From the NCBI GenBank assembly GCA_031275485.1, contig JAISOS010000007.1:2618-66617 (forward strand): a DNA stretch of 64,000 nucleotides, given 5' to 3'. The notes under the pieces were generated by a model. The model saw only the letters and a list, made by a program, of their open reading frames with translations. It was not told the DNA's origin and did no database searches. The DNA comes from Clostridiales bacterium (GTDB taxonomy: Bacteria > Bacillota > Clostridia > Christensenellales > JAISNN01). Below, piece after piece: positions 51,186 to 60,567 of the stretch (its first letter is position 1; each line of letters opens with the position of its first letter). The translations under genes and the position numbers were made by a program.

Positions 51186-52097
51186 TTATTTTATTTCCGT
51201 ATTTCCCAATTTTTTTAAAACCGCTTGAAAATAATCGGGCAGAGGCGCGTAAAACTCAAGAATCTCGCCGCTTACGGGATGCGCGACTATAAGCTTATGC
51301 GCGTGCAACAACTGCCCGTTCGTCTTGAATCTCATACTGCCGCCGTAAAGCCCGTCCCCCGTAACCGGGTGCCCGATATGCTTTGAATGTACTCTTATTT
51401 GATGCGTTCTGCCCGTTTTCAGCTCGAATTCGACGAGTGAAAATTCTCTAAATCGTTTTATCACTTTATATAGCGTAACGGCGCGCCTCCCCTCCCGCGT
51501 CACGCACATTTGCAGACGGTTTTTAGGATTTCTTCCTATAAAGGTTTCCACGATCCCCTCGTCCGCCTTGACCGCGCCGTCCAAAAGAGCGGTATAATAC
51601 CGCCGCGCCGATTTTTCGGCAATCTGCCCGCTTAACGATAAATGAGCGCGGTTATTTTTCGCGGCCAGAATTAGTCCCGACGTGTCCTTATCCAGTCTAT
51701 GAACAATTCCGGGACGCATTTCGCCGTTAAGATCGCTGAGGTTTTGCAAATTAAACAGCAGAGCGTTGACCAGCGTGCCGGACGCCGCGCCTCTCGCGGG
51801 ATGCGCTACCATACCCTGCGGTTTATTTATGACCGCAAAATCCCCGTCCTGATAGATTATGTCGAGAGGTATCGCCTCCGGCTTTACGGAAACAGAGCGG
51901 TTCTCCGTCCGCGCGTACAAAACGTCTCCCGCTTTCAATATCAGACCCGCTTTCTTTACCGCGCCGTTCACGGTCGCGCGCGCGCCGTCAATCAAGCTCT
52001 TCACGTAAGAACGCGTTGCGCCCTCTATACGCTCGGTCAAATACACGTCAAACCGCCGCCCCTCGCCCCCGTTCTCAACAATAAATTCATATTCCAT
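51186..52097 (-). CDS. rluD: RluA/RluD family pseudouridine synthase
   Basis: S4-like N-terminus, INKPQGMVAHP, GIVHRLDKDTSG and TGRTHQIRVH motifs. Confidence 0.9.
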   Translation of the reverse strand: MEYEFIVENGGEGRRFDVYLTERIEGATRSYVKSLIDGARATVNGAVKKAGLILKAGDVLYARTENRSVSVKPEAIPLDIIYQDGDFAVINKPQGMVAHPARGAASGTLVNALLFNLQNLSDLNGEMRPGIVHRLDKDTSGLILAAKNNRAHLSLSGQIAEKSARRYYTALLDGAVKADEGIVETFIGRNPKNRLQMCVTREGRRAVTLYKVIKRFREFSLVEFELKTGRTHQIRVHSKHIGHPVTGDGLYGGSMRFKTNGQLLHAHKLIVAHPVSGEILEFYAPLPDYFQAVLKKLGNTEIK

Positions 52098-52109
52098 TTG
52101 TTTTAGATT

Positions 52110-52168
52110 ATGCGGATAAAACCTTATTTAAAAAAGGTTTTATCCGCGCCCTCTTTCCAAAAAACTTC
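52110..52168 (-). repeat. REP-like family A copy
   Basis: gcggataaaacctt...aaggttttatccgc plus ctctttccaaaaaactt tail. Confidence 0.85.
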
Positions 52169-52498
52169 ATATAGACCCTATACTAAAACCCGCTAATTAA
52201 CGTAAGATCAAGATATATAAACAATACGGATTGCGCCGTTTATAACCGCAAGCATATACGTTTCGGGACAGGCTACGGATTTTATTTTAGACTGTTTTTA
52301 TGCTCGGCTCGGATTCCAATTCATGATCTAAGGCATTTTTTGAGAAAGCGCGGCGATGCCGCGTCGGAAAAAACAGCGCGGCCGGGGCGCCAAAACGGGC
52401 GAAGTACGAATATAGCGCATATTGTCAAATCCGCTCAGATGTGTTTCCATATAAAAAAACGCCGCGACCGCGTTATTTTGCCGCCGCCTATTTTCGCC

Positions 52499-53209
52499 TC
52501 ATTCCGGCGCTTGCCCGTTTTTTGTTATCTCCTTACCGCTAGTATTATCCGCAACATTAACACTATCCGTGCCGTCCGTTTCTATTATTTCCGTGTTGTC
52601 CGCACCTTTACTCGTGGCGGGCGCTACGGATACGTCCGCGTTAGCATCGCGCGCTTTTTTGTCCGCAACCTCTTTTCCATCTTTTTCTCCGCGTTCTTTT
52701 TTTCGCTCGTCGGACAATGACAAAAGAAGCGTTATAATTATGAGCGCCGCCCCCGTTACCGTACACGCGTCCGCGACGTTAAAACTCGTATAAAACACAA
52801 AATACAAAAAGTCGCGCACATATCCGTAAACGAGCCGCTCCGCGCCGTTCGCGAAACCGCCCGCGAGTATCAGCGAAAAGCCTATGCGGACGGAGGGTTT
52901 TTCATTGAGATTTTTTAGAAGATAAAGTACGATGAGACCCGAAACAAGCATAGAGAAAACGCCGAAAAAACGCGACGCGCCAGAAAACATTCCGAAAGCG
53001 ATTCCGTCGTTAGTCGCCGCCGTAAGGTAGAATATATTTTTTATCACCTCAATCGGCTCCTCACGCCGCTCCAAAACGTCGAATACCGCGAGCTTGGACA
53101 GCCAATCAAGCGCGACGAAAGCGACGAATATTACGCCTTCGGTTATCAGCCTTTTCTTTTTATCTGCAGGCAGATTTTTTAGATCGATTTTCAAATTAAA
53201 TTTCCTCAT
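52499..53209 (-). CDS. lspA: Lipoprotein signal peptidase II with a charged C-terminal extension
   Basis: LDWLSK, NDGIAFG, GGFANGAERL, VRDF and FNVAD; lspA-rluD synteny. Confidence 0.88.
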   Translation of the reverse strand: MRKFNLKIDLKNLPADKKKRLITEGVIFVAFVALDWLSKLAVFDVLERREEPIEVIKNIFYLTAATNDGIAFGMFSGASRFFGVFSMLVSGLIVLYLLKNLNEKPSVRIGFSLILAGGFANGAERLVYGYVRDFLYFVFYTSFNVADACTVTGAALIIITLLLSLSDERKKERGEKDGKEVADKKARDANADVSVAPATSKGADNTEIIETDGTDSVNVADNTSGKEITKNGQAPE

Positions 53210-53468
53210 TATAAATTTCCCCCGTGTCGGAATCCGTTTTTGTGGATTAAATTCATTCGGCAGGATTTTATAGGAATTTTTGCGGTTTTCGGGGCGTTTC
53301 CAAAAGAGTAATATCTAATCAGTTTAAGTACCGCGCGCTTCGAAGTATTCCGAACCGCGTCGTTTTTCGAAATATTCTTACCGTCAAAAATTCCCGTTTA
53401 CACACCGCTTTGCCTAAAATCAAAGTAACGCGGCATTGCGAATATAATCCATAACAACTATAACGCCG

Positions 53469-53529
53469 AAGTTTTTTGGAAAGGGGCGCGTGGAAAACCT
53501 TTTGTGAACAAAAGGTTTTCCACGCGTAA
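53469..53529 (+). repeat. REP-like family A copy (near-consensus)
   Basis: aagttttttggaaaggggcgcgtggaaaacctttt gtgaac aaaaggttttccacgcgtaa. Confidence 0.92.
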
Positions 53530-53555
53530 TCTATCTAAAAAAAGAAAAACCTCTT

Positions 53556-54191
53556 TCACACATCGTTTTTATTTTTGCCAACTGCGTCGTTCGTAACCTT
53601 TACGAAACTCGGCGTAAACAGAAACGCGCTTCCCGTAATTCTTTGCATACCGCCGTTTAAAGCGTAGATCGCGCCGCTCATGAAATCAAGCATTTTCTGC
53701 GTCGTTCCGTCGGGCAGATAGTGCAACTCGACGATAACGGCTTCCATGCGCTTAACGGAATCTATAAGGCGGATAATGTCGTCGAGCGAGCGCGGATAAT
53801 ACACATTGATATTGCTCAAATTCCCGTATTCCGCGCCTTTCCCGCGTTTGACTTCGCCGTCGAAAGACAACCCACGCCCAAACCTTACCCCGTTCGCCAA
53901 TTCGGGCGCCGCCGCGTTAAAATCGACGCGGGCGGGTGAAAGCGTCTCCCCGTACCGCCTGTACGAATCGCGCTTTTTAGGCGCGGACGTAGCGCCAAAA
54001 GCGGCGTTAGCGCCGTAAATCTCGGTCGGTAGCGGCGGGCGCGCTACATGAGTTCCATGCGGCGACGAACGCGCTACGCGGGACGGCGGCGGATTATCCG
54101 CCGCCGCGCTCGAATAAGTTCCGACGACGCGTCCTTCCTCCGCGCAATTTTCGGCGTGATAAAAATCTATAAATCGTCTGATTATTCCCAT
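53556..54191 (-). CDS. sepF: Cell division protein SepF
   Basis: C-terminal VYYPRSLDD...LDFMSGAIYALNG...FLFTP; follows yggS. Confidence 0.85.
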   Translation of the reverse strand: MGIIRRFIDFYHAENCAEEGRVVGTYSSAAADNPPPSRVARSSPHGTHVARPPLPTEIYGANAAFGATSAPKKRDSYRRYGETLSPARVDFNAAAPELANGVRFGRGLSFDGEVKRGKGAEYGNLSNINVYYPRSLDDIIRLIDSVKRMEAVIVELHYLPDGTTQKMLDFMSGAIYALNGGMQRITGSAFLFTPSFVKVTNDAVGKNKNDV

Positions 54192-54247
54192 ACCGTTCCG
54201 CCCCTTGCAGAAATTTATTATCTTCGGTATGCGAGGATCCAAAGATT

Positions 54248-54308
54248 ATGCGGAGGGCTTTTCTTGAGAGAAAAGACTTCTCCCCCCGCGCCCTTCAAAA
54301 GACCTTAA
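54248..54308 (-). repeat. REP-like family A copy (degenerate)
   Basis: Weak hairpin plus ccgcgcccttcaaaagacctt tail, upstream of sepF. Confidence 0.65.
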
Positions 54309-54588
54309 TAAATTTTTTTTCAACGCGTTCTTTCTTTAATAATGTCCCCCCGTGCCTTTTTCCGAAAATTTTCGTTAATTTAGGACATAAACGAATAAAC
54401 GCTTTACCGATGTTCGTTAACTCCTTTTTCTTGCATGTTTATTCATCGGTTCAAAACATTATTCGTTGGGTTTTCGAATGCTTTATTCCTAAAACGCGAG
54501 GTGAACACTCTTTTTTTATTTTAAAACGCATATACGTTTTACGTTGTTTTCTCGCATGCTTATTCGTTTTTATTTATCCGCCCGCCGC

Positions 54589-55272
54589 TTAGACTTCTCT
54601 TTTCCCGAATATGGCGGAGCCAAGTCTTATCATATTCGCGCCGTATTTTACGGCGGTTTTATAATCGTTAGACATTCCGGCCGAGAGATATTTGCAGTCG
54701 AGGTTACCGCCGCGCATATTCCTCACGCGCACGAACAATTCGTAAAGCGCCCGATAATACCTTTCCGTATCGGCGGCATTGTCCGACGCGGGCAGAACGC
54801 TCATCAAGCCCAAAACGCGTATGCCTCTACGCATCGCAAGCCCGTTTATAAATTCCTCCGCGCCGTCTGCGGAAGTGCCTCCCTTAGACGCCTCGTCCGC
54901 GATATTGACCTCGACGAGGCAATCGGTTATGACGGAATTTTTCAAGGATAATCTATCGATTTCCTTCGCCAGCTCCTCTCTGTCCAAGGAATGAATTAAA
55001 ACGTCCTTACCTATTAAATATTTAACCTTATTAGTTTGTAGCCGTCCGATAAAATGCCATTTAAATGGCGCGTCTTTCGCGTAATGCGCGACGAATTCCT
55101 GCACGCGGTTCTCGCCCAAATCGGAAACGCATCCCGCGACGGCGGCAATCGCGCCGCTCGTCTGTGTCTTCACGGCGGCGATAAGCGTAATTTCATCGGG
55201 ACTGCGTCCGCATTCGCGGCAGACCTCTCTTATGTCCGACCTGATTTTTTCTATATTAGCCTTGTAATCCAT
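54589..55272 (-). CDS. yggS: PLP homeostasis protein YggS
   Basis: LIAAVKT, LGENRVQE, WHFIGRLQTNKVK, SAGMSND and IRLGSAIFG motifs. Confidence 0.95.
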   Translation of the reverse strand: MDYKANIEKIRSDIREVCRECGRSPDEITLIAAVKTQTSGAIAAVAGCVSDLGENRVQEFVAHYAKDAPFKWHFIGRLQTNKVKYLIGKDVLIHSLDREELAKEIDRLSLKNSVITDCLVEVNIADEASKGGTSADGAEEFINGLAMRRGIRVLGLMSVLPASDNAADTERYYRALYELFVRVRNMRGGNLDCKYLSAGMSNDYKTAVKYGANMIRLGSAIFGKREV

Positions 55273-55553
55273 AAATTTTTCTCTTTATCGCCGCATAATC
55301 CGCCCGTTCATTACAAATCAGACTTAGTATACCATAAAGCTCGCCGAAAGTAAAGTTAAATCGTTTTTTTAACCGCGGAAAAATATTCCGATTTTGTATT
55401 TATTTTAAGTTTTTAAAAAACACAAACGGTTTTTCTCCGAAGTACCGGTAAATTTCACTCCGTCCGTAAAGCGAAAAAATATTTTTCAAGCTTCGTATAG
55501 ACATTAAAAACGCCGAGAACTTCGTCCCGAAATACGGATGCGTTTTCATTCTT

Positions 55554-56045
55554 TCAATCTAGCAAAAAACGTAACTCCTCAAACCATTTTTCATATCGGA
55601 ACGAGGGATTCGCTGGGCTTGTGGACGGCATTACAACGCAAGCCGTATCGGGATACGCGGCGATAAAAATTTCGTGCGCTTTTTTGCCGTTCAGAAGAAT
55701 TTTTTCGATATGAGCGACGCGCAGTATGCCGCTTATATCGGCGGTCTTATAGCGCGAAATTTTGCCGTCGGAGGAGCCTTCCGTTTCGCACTCCTCCGCC
55801 ATGTCGTAAAGGGCGATTCTATGTCTTTTCAAAAAGTCTTTTTTGCAAGCGGCGTCGTTCTTTATCTCCTCGCCAAAAAGCGCGGAAAGGACTTTGTAAA
55901 ACCTGTTTTGCTTGTTTCCGTAATAAAAACCGCTTTCGCGCGATTTCACGCTTGGAAAACTGCCGAGTATCAAAACCCGGCTGTCCGCGTCGAAAAACGG
56001 TTCGAAGCCTCTGCCCTTATAATATATATTTTTGCGCTCGCTCAT
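55554..56045 (-). CDS. UDG-superfamily DNA-deoxyinosine (hypoxanthine) glycosylase
   Basis: LILGSFPSVKS, FYYGNKQNRF and MPSTSPAN motifs. Confidence 0.85.
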   Translation of the reverse strand: MSERKNIYYKGRGFEPFFDADSRVLILGSFPSVKSRESGFYYGNKQNRFYKVLSALFGEEIKNDAACKKDFLKRHRIALYDMAEECETEGSSDGKISRYKTADISGILRVAHIEKILLNGKKAHEIFIAAYPDTACVVMPSTSPANPSFRYEKWFEELRFLLD

Positions 56046-56084
56046 AACGTAAATCCCGCGTGATTCTTAGCGGATTGGAACAGG

Positions 56085-56146
56085 CGTCGTTTCGGAAAAA
56101 ACCTTTCGCGAACAAAATCCCCCGCCGCCTCTTTACAAAAAACTAT
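56085..56146 (-). repeat. REP-like family A copy (degenerate)
   Basis: aaaacctttcgcgaacaaaa...cctctttacaaaaaact. Confidence 0.6.
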
Positions 56147-56240
56147 GGTATTTATACGGCACGCCGACGTCCGCAAAATCCCCGTCTGCCGTTATGCCCG
56201 CGCGGTTAGACGCGCGTTTTTTTAATTTACTTTAAGCGGA

Positions 56241-58340
56241 TTATCTCACCGTGCAACCGTCCGCAAAATCCCCGTCCGTCGTTACAATCGCTAAATTATG
56301 CTCCGCGTCCTCCGCGCACAAAATCATTCCCTCCGAAAGTACGCCTCTCAGCTTTGCGGGTCTCAAATTGGCTACGATAACGACGGTTTTTCCGACCGTT
56401 TCGTCCGGCGCGAATTTATGCGCTATGCCGCTTACTACTGTTCTCGTTTCCTCCCCGCATTTTAGGGTAAACTTCAAAAGTTTGTCGGATTTTTCCACCC
56501 TTTCGCACGCCGTAATCTTAGCGGTTTTCAGTTTTATTTTCGCGAATTCGTCTATGCTTATAAGCCCGTCGTTTCGGGTTTCGTGAGCGCCGCTTCCAAC
56601 TTCGCCGCCAGCGTTTCCGGCGGATTTATTTTTCGTTTCTATATCGCGTTTTTCAACTCCGCAGTCCGCGCTTTCCAAGCTCTTTTCCGCCCCGTTCCGC
56701 GCGGTTCTTTCGATAGTTTGCAATGCCTTTTTTTTGCCGTCTTCCGCCTCGTTTCCGTTCGGCTTATCCGTGTCCGAAATCTCCCCGTTCAAAAATTTCA
56801 ATTCCTTTTCAATATCGATTCTCGGAAATAACGGCGGAATTTTATTAACGGTAACGCCCGCCTTTATGCCGCCGAATTTTTTTATACTCCCAAAGTCCGT
56901 CCGATGTTTCGAGGACAGCGATTCAAGTATTTTCCCGGACGTTTCCGGCAAAAACGGCTCCGTCGCGACGGCTATTATTCTGATAGTCTCGGCGAGAACA
57001 TACAGCACCGTATTCAGTCTTTCCCCGTCGCCGTTTTTGTCGAGCGTCCACGGCGCGGTCTCGTCTATATATTTATTACAGCTTTGAGCCAATCCTATAA
57101 TTTCACCGAGAGCGTCGGGCGCGGACAGCCTGTCGATATGCTCCGTTATTCTCGTAAGCAAGCCCTCCGCCCGTTCTATCAGCTCTCTGTCGGCGGCGGC
57201 GTATTCTCCCGCCCCGGGCAGTACGCCGCCCGCATACCGTTCTATCATGGCGGCGGTGCGGCTGACAAGATTGCCTAGATCGTTGGCGAGATCGGCGTTT
57301 ATTCGGTTCAAAAACACGGCGTTAGTATAGTTTCCGTCCTGCCCGAACGGAATGGCGCGCAGGAGATAATATCTCACAGCGTCGGCGCCGTACCTTTCGG
57401 ACAGCGTTACCGGGTCTACGGTATTACCCTTGCTCTTGCTGATTTTGTCCCCGGAAAATGTCATCCAACCATGCGCGTAGATTTTTTTCGGGAGCGGAAG
57501 GTCGAGTGCCATAAGGAACGCGGGCCAGATAACCGCGTGAAAGCGCACGATTTCCTTCCCCATCATATGAAGGTCGGCCGGCCAATATCTGTCGAATTCC
57601 GAGCGATCGTCCGATTCGCAGCCCAGCGCGGTGATGTAATTATTGAGCGCGTCCATCCAGACGTATACGACGTGCCTATTGTCGAAAGGCACGGGTATGC
57701 CCCATTTGACCGTCGTGCGGCTGACGCACAGGTCCGAAAGACCCGGCTTTAAGAAGTTGTTAAGCATCTCGTTCACGCGGCTTTTAGGTTCCAAAAAATC
57801 GGGATTTTCCTCAAGAAATTTCATCACCTTGTCGCGGTATTTCGAAAGGCGGAAAAAATAACTTTCCTCCTTAGTCAGCTTAACTTCCCTGCCGCAATCG
57901 GGGCACTTGCCGTCTTTGAGCTGCGCCTCCGTCCAAAAGGACTCGCAAGGCACGCAATAATGCCCGCTGTATTCGCCGAGATAAATATCCCCCTTTTCGT
58001 ATAACCTGGCAAATATTTTCTGCACGGCGTCAATGTGTTCATTGTCCGTCGTCCTTATGAATTTGTCGTAGGATACGCCCAAAAGCTTCCAAAGCTCTTT
58101 CAGCTTAGCGACCTTGCCGTTTACGTATTCGATCGGCGTCATTCCGCTTTTTTTGGCGTTTGTCTCGATTTTCTGCCCGTGCTCGTCCGTACCCGTGAGA
58201 AAAAAAACGTCATAACCCCACTTTCTCTTAAACCTCGCGATACAATCGCACATAACTGTTGTGTAACAGGTTCCGAGATGCCATGCTCCGCTCGGGAAAT
58301 AAATGGGCGTGGTGATATAAAACTTCTCCGATTTTTTCAT
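56241..58340 (-). CDS. metG: Methionine--tRNA ligase with C-terminal tRNA-binding domain
   Basis: YITTPIY, HLG, LTGTDEHGQKI, Zn knuckle, KISKS and NLRPAKLRGVLSEGMIL motifs. Confidence 0.97.
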   Translation of the reverse strand: MKKSEKFYITTPIYFPSGAWHLGTCYTTVMCDCIARFKRKWGYDVFFLTGTDEHGQKIETNAKKSGMTPIEYVNGKVAKLKELWKLLGVSYDKFIRTTDNEHIDAVQKIFARLYEKGDIYLGEYSGHYCVPCESFWTEAQLKDGKCPDCGREVKLTKEESYFFRLSKYRDKVMKFLEENPDFLEPKSRVNEMLNNFLKPGLSDLCVSRTTVKWGIPVPFDNRHVVYVWMDALNNYITALGCESDDRSEFDRYWPADLHMMGKEIVRFHAVIWPAFLMALDLPLPKKIYAHGWMTFSGDKISKSKGNTVDPVTLSERYGADAVRYYLLRAIPFGQDGNYTNAVFLNRINADLANDLGNLVSRTAAMIERYAGGVLPGAGEYAAADRELIERAEGLLTRITEHIDRLSAPDALGEIIGLAQSCNKYIDETAPWTLDKNGDGERLNTVLYVLAETIRIIAVATEPFLPETSGKILESLSSKHRTDFGSIKKFGGIKAGVTVNKIPPLFPRIDIEKELKFLNGEISDTDKPNGNEAEDGKKKALQTIERTARNGAEKSLESADCGVEKRDIETKNKSAGNAGGEVGSGAHETRNDGLISIDEFAKIKLKTAKITACERVEKSDKLLKFTLKCGEETRTVVSGIAHKFAPDETVGKTVVIVANLRPAKLRGVLSEGMILCAEDAEHNLAIVTTDGDFADGCTVR

Positions 58341-58454
58341 AAATACCGAATCCCTTTATTTTATTTTTGAGAGCTCTGAATTTTTGCGATAGATAAACCT
58401 GACCGGTATTATTCTATCTATACGAACGATATTACGCGGAGAATTCTACCTCCC

Positions 58455-58520
58455 ACGCCGCTCTTTTTTGGGGAACGGCGCTTTCAAATCCGGCGGCGCC
58501 GCGTTCAAAAGCGCAACGAG
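58455..58520 (-). repeat. Dispersed repeat family B copy in the metG leader
   Basis: Reverse complement aligns with 10755-10820. Confidence 0.7.
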
Positions 58521-58534
58521 TACAACTGTTTACA

Positions 58535-58563
58535 AGTATACTACAAAATCGAAAAAATGTAAA
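58535..58563 (-). promoter_or_regulatory. sigma-A promoter of metG
   Basis: TTTACA-17 nt-TATACT. Confidence 0.55.
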
Positions 58564-59210
58564 CAAAAAAACGACGTATCCGACCCGCCTTTTCTTTTTT
58601 TATTTGAAAGTTTTTTTTGAAACGGACCTTATGCATAAGAAACCTTTTCTTAACAATCGCTATAGCTCTTATCCGCTCCGATTTTATCTCAACGTACCGC
58701 AAGACTAAGTCGTTTTGCTTTACCGCCTCAAAACATATCTCTTCGGAGTTTATTTCTTTTCAATTATATAGCTTGCTTTTTGCATAACTTCGCTTGCAAT
58801 TTTATTTCAGCCTCCGCTAACCGAAAAACCTCGTCGCGGTTAATTCCGAAAAATTCTAAAACCTTATCAGTCCGAATTGCAAATGGAACTTAACCACGTA
58901 AAAGCCAATGCGCAAGGCGAAATACCAATAAAAATCAAGAGGTCAAAGAGAGAGGTAGACGAATTTATTGCTCATAAATTACGGACAAAAACAGAAGTCC
59001 AAAAGCAAGAATATATTAATTATACCTTTTTATCCACTGCGTGTAAAGGATAAAAACAACAAGATATTGTGATTGAATATGCTGTCTAATACAATTTAAG
59101 ACGGTTTCACACACATTTTCACACATAGTGGAAAAATAAAATTAAAAAGGAGTAAAAAAACAAATCGCTGTTGTTTGTAAAATGGGCTTAACGGCTCATT
59201 TTTTATTGTC

Positions 59211-59271
59211 GGTGCGGTGCGTTTGCGTGGCGGGGACAAGCCCTCGCCACCGCAAAACGCAATACCGCACC
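59211..59271. repeat. Long GC-rich imperfect palindrome in the AT-rich island
   Basis: ggtgcggt..gcgtttgcgtggcgggg ACAAG ccctcgccaccgcaaaacgc..accgcacc. Confidence 0.75.
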
Positions 59272-59505
59272 CGCAACCGAACAATCAAAAAATGTAACGC
59301 CGTTTATACACCCCATTTTTTGCCTACGGCGTGGCTCAAAGGATAAACTTTGTCTTCTGCATAAAACTCTGGCTTTGTGTGGTTACTCCGTTTTATTGTT
59401 TATCCTTTGTCGTATTTGTGCGTTGTGCTGTTTTGTTTACAGCGACAAGGATAAATAACAAAACTAAACTTCCATAAGCAATATTTTGGACAGTATGTAA
59501 TATAA

Positions 59506-59534
59506 TTGCGAAATCTTTTGTTTTATTGTATAAT
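59506..59534 (+). promoter_or_regulatory. sigma-A promoter of the island operon
   Basis: TTGCGA-17 nt-TATAAT, then AAGGAG and ATG at 59563. Confidence 0.6.
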
Positions 59535-59562
59535 AAAAACATTTACAAAAGGAGTATAAGAA

Positions 59563-60567
59563 ATGCCACAAGCAAACATTTCACTTAATAAAGCGAAAGA
59601 AGTAAAGAACGATGAATTCTATACTCTTATGGACGATATTAAAAATGAGATATTAAAAATGAGATATTAAAATACGACCTTACACAATTAAAAGATAAAA
59701 TTGTGTATTGTAATTGCGATGACCCGACTTGGAGCAACTTTTTTAAGTTCTTTACAAAATGGGGCGTTAAACTTGGGATACGAGAAGTGCATTTTACAAA
59801 CTACGCAAACGGCAAAAGAGAGTTTAAGCAACTCACTTTATTTGATTTAGACGACTTGGTGGACAGTGCGGAAGACGATAAAAAGGGCACAGCACACCAT
59901 TGGATATACACGCCAGCAACAAATAAAACGATAAAAAGAGAGTTAAAAGGCAATGGCGATTTTGCAAGTGAAGAGTGCGTTGCAATTTTAGAGAAATGCG
60001 ATATTGTTATCACTAACCCACCATTTAGTATATTTAATGATTTTCTTGCTTTGCTTATTAAGCATAAAAAGCAATATTTAATTATCAGCGATGACAATAA
60101 ATTGTCAAATGTTGATATATTTCCACTTGTAAAAGACAACAAACTTTGGCTTGGCTATACACGAGTAAAAAAATTTTTACAACCAGACGGAAGTTATGCA
60201 GTTTTTGGCAACAAATGTTGGTATACAAATTTACAAGTATCTTATAGGAAGCAACCTATTATTTTACACCCACAAGATTTATCACAATTTAAGAAGTATG
60301 ATAATTTTGACGCAATAGAAATACTGAAAAGAACGGCAACAACCGCTGTGGATAAATTTTGACGCAATAGAAATACCAGAAACAAAATTGATACCCGATA
60401 ATTATTTTGAGCCTATGGGATTGCCCACAACTTTTTTGCATAAGTTCTGTCCAGAACAATTTGAGATAATAGGTATGTCCGGCGTTGATATAAAAATTAA
60501 AAGTGGTAGATTTTATATTGGCGGTCGCCGTTTGCAACCACGACTTGTAATAAGGAGAAAGAAATAA
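59563..60567 (+). pseudogene. EcoRI-family adenine-specific DNA methyltransferase, doubly frameshifted
   Basis: AKEVKNDEFYT, VYCNCDDP, GNGDF, IVITNPPFS and KYDNFDAIE...MGLPTTFLHKFCPEQFEIIG motifs; interrupted by a 14-bp tandem duplication and a 52-bp insertion. Confidence 0.9.

Noticed and set aside
56-56146. Family A repeats as a CRISPR array
   Set aside because: The copies are dispersed, variable in sequence and in both orientations, with no regular spacers and no cas genes.
58341-58535. T-box or SAM riboswitch upstream of metG
   Set aside because: No UGGNACC T-box or SAM-I core motifs; the leader is occupied by repeat family B.
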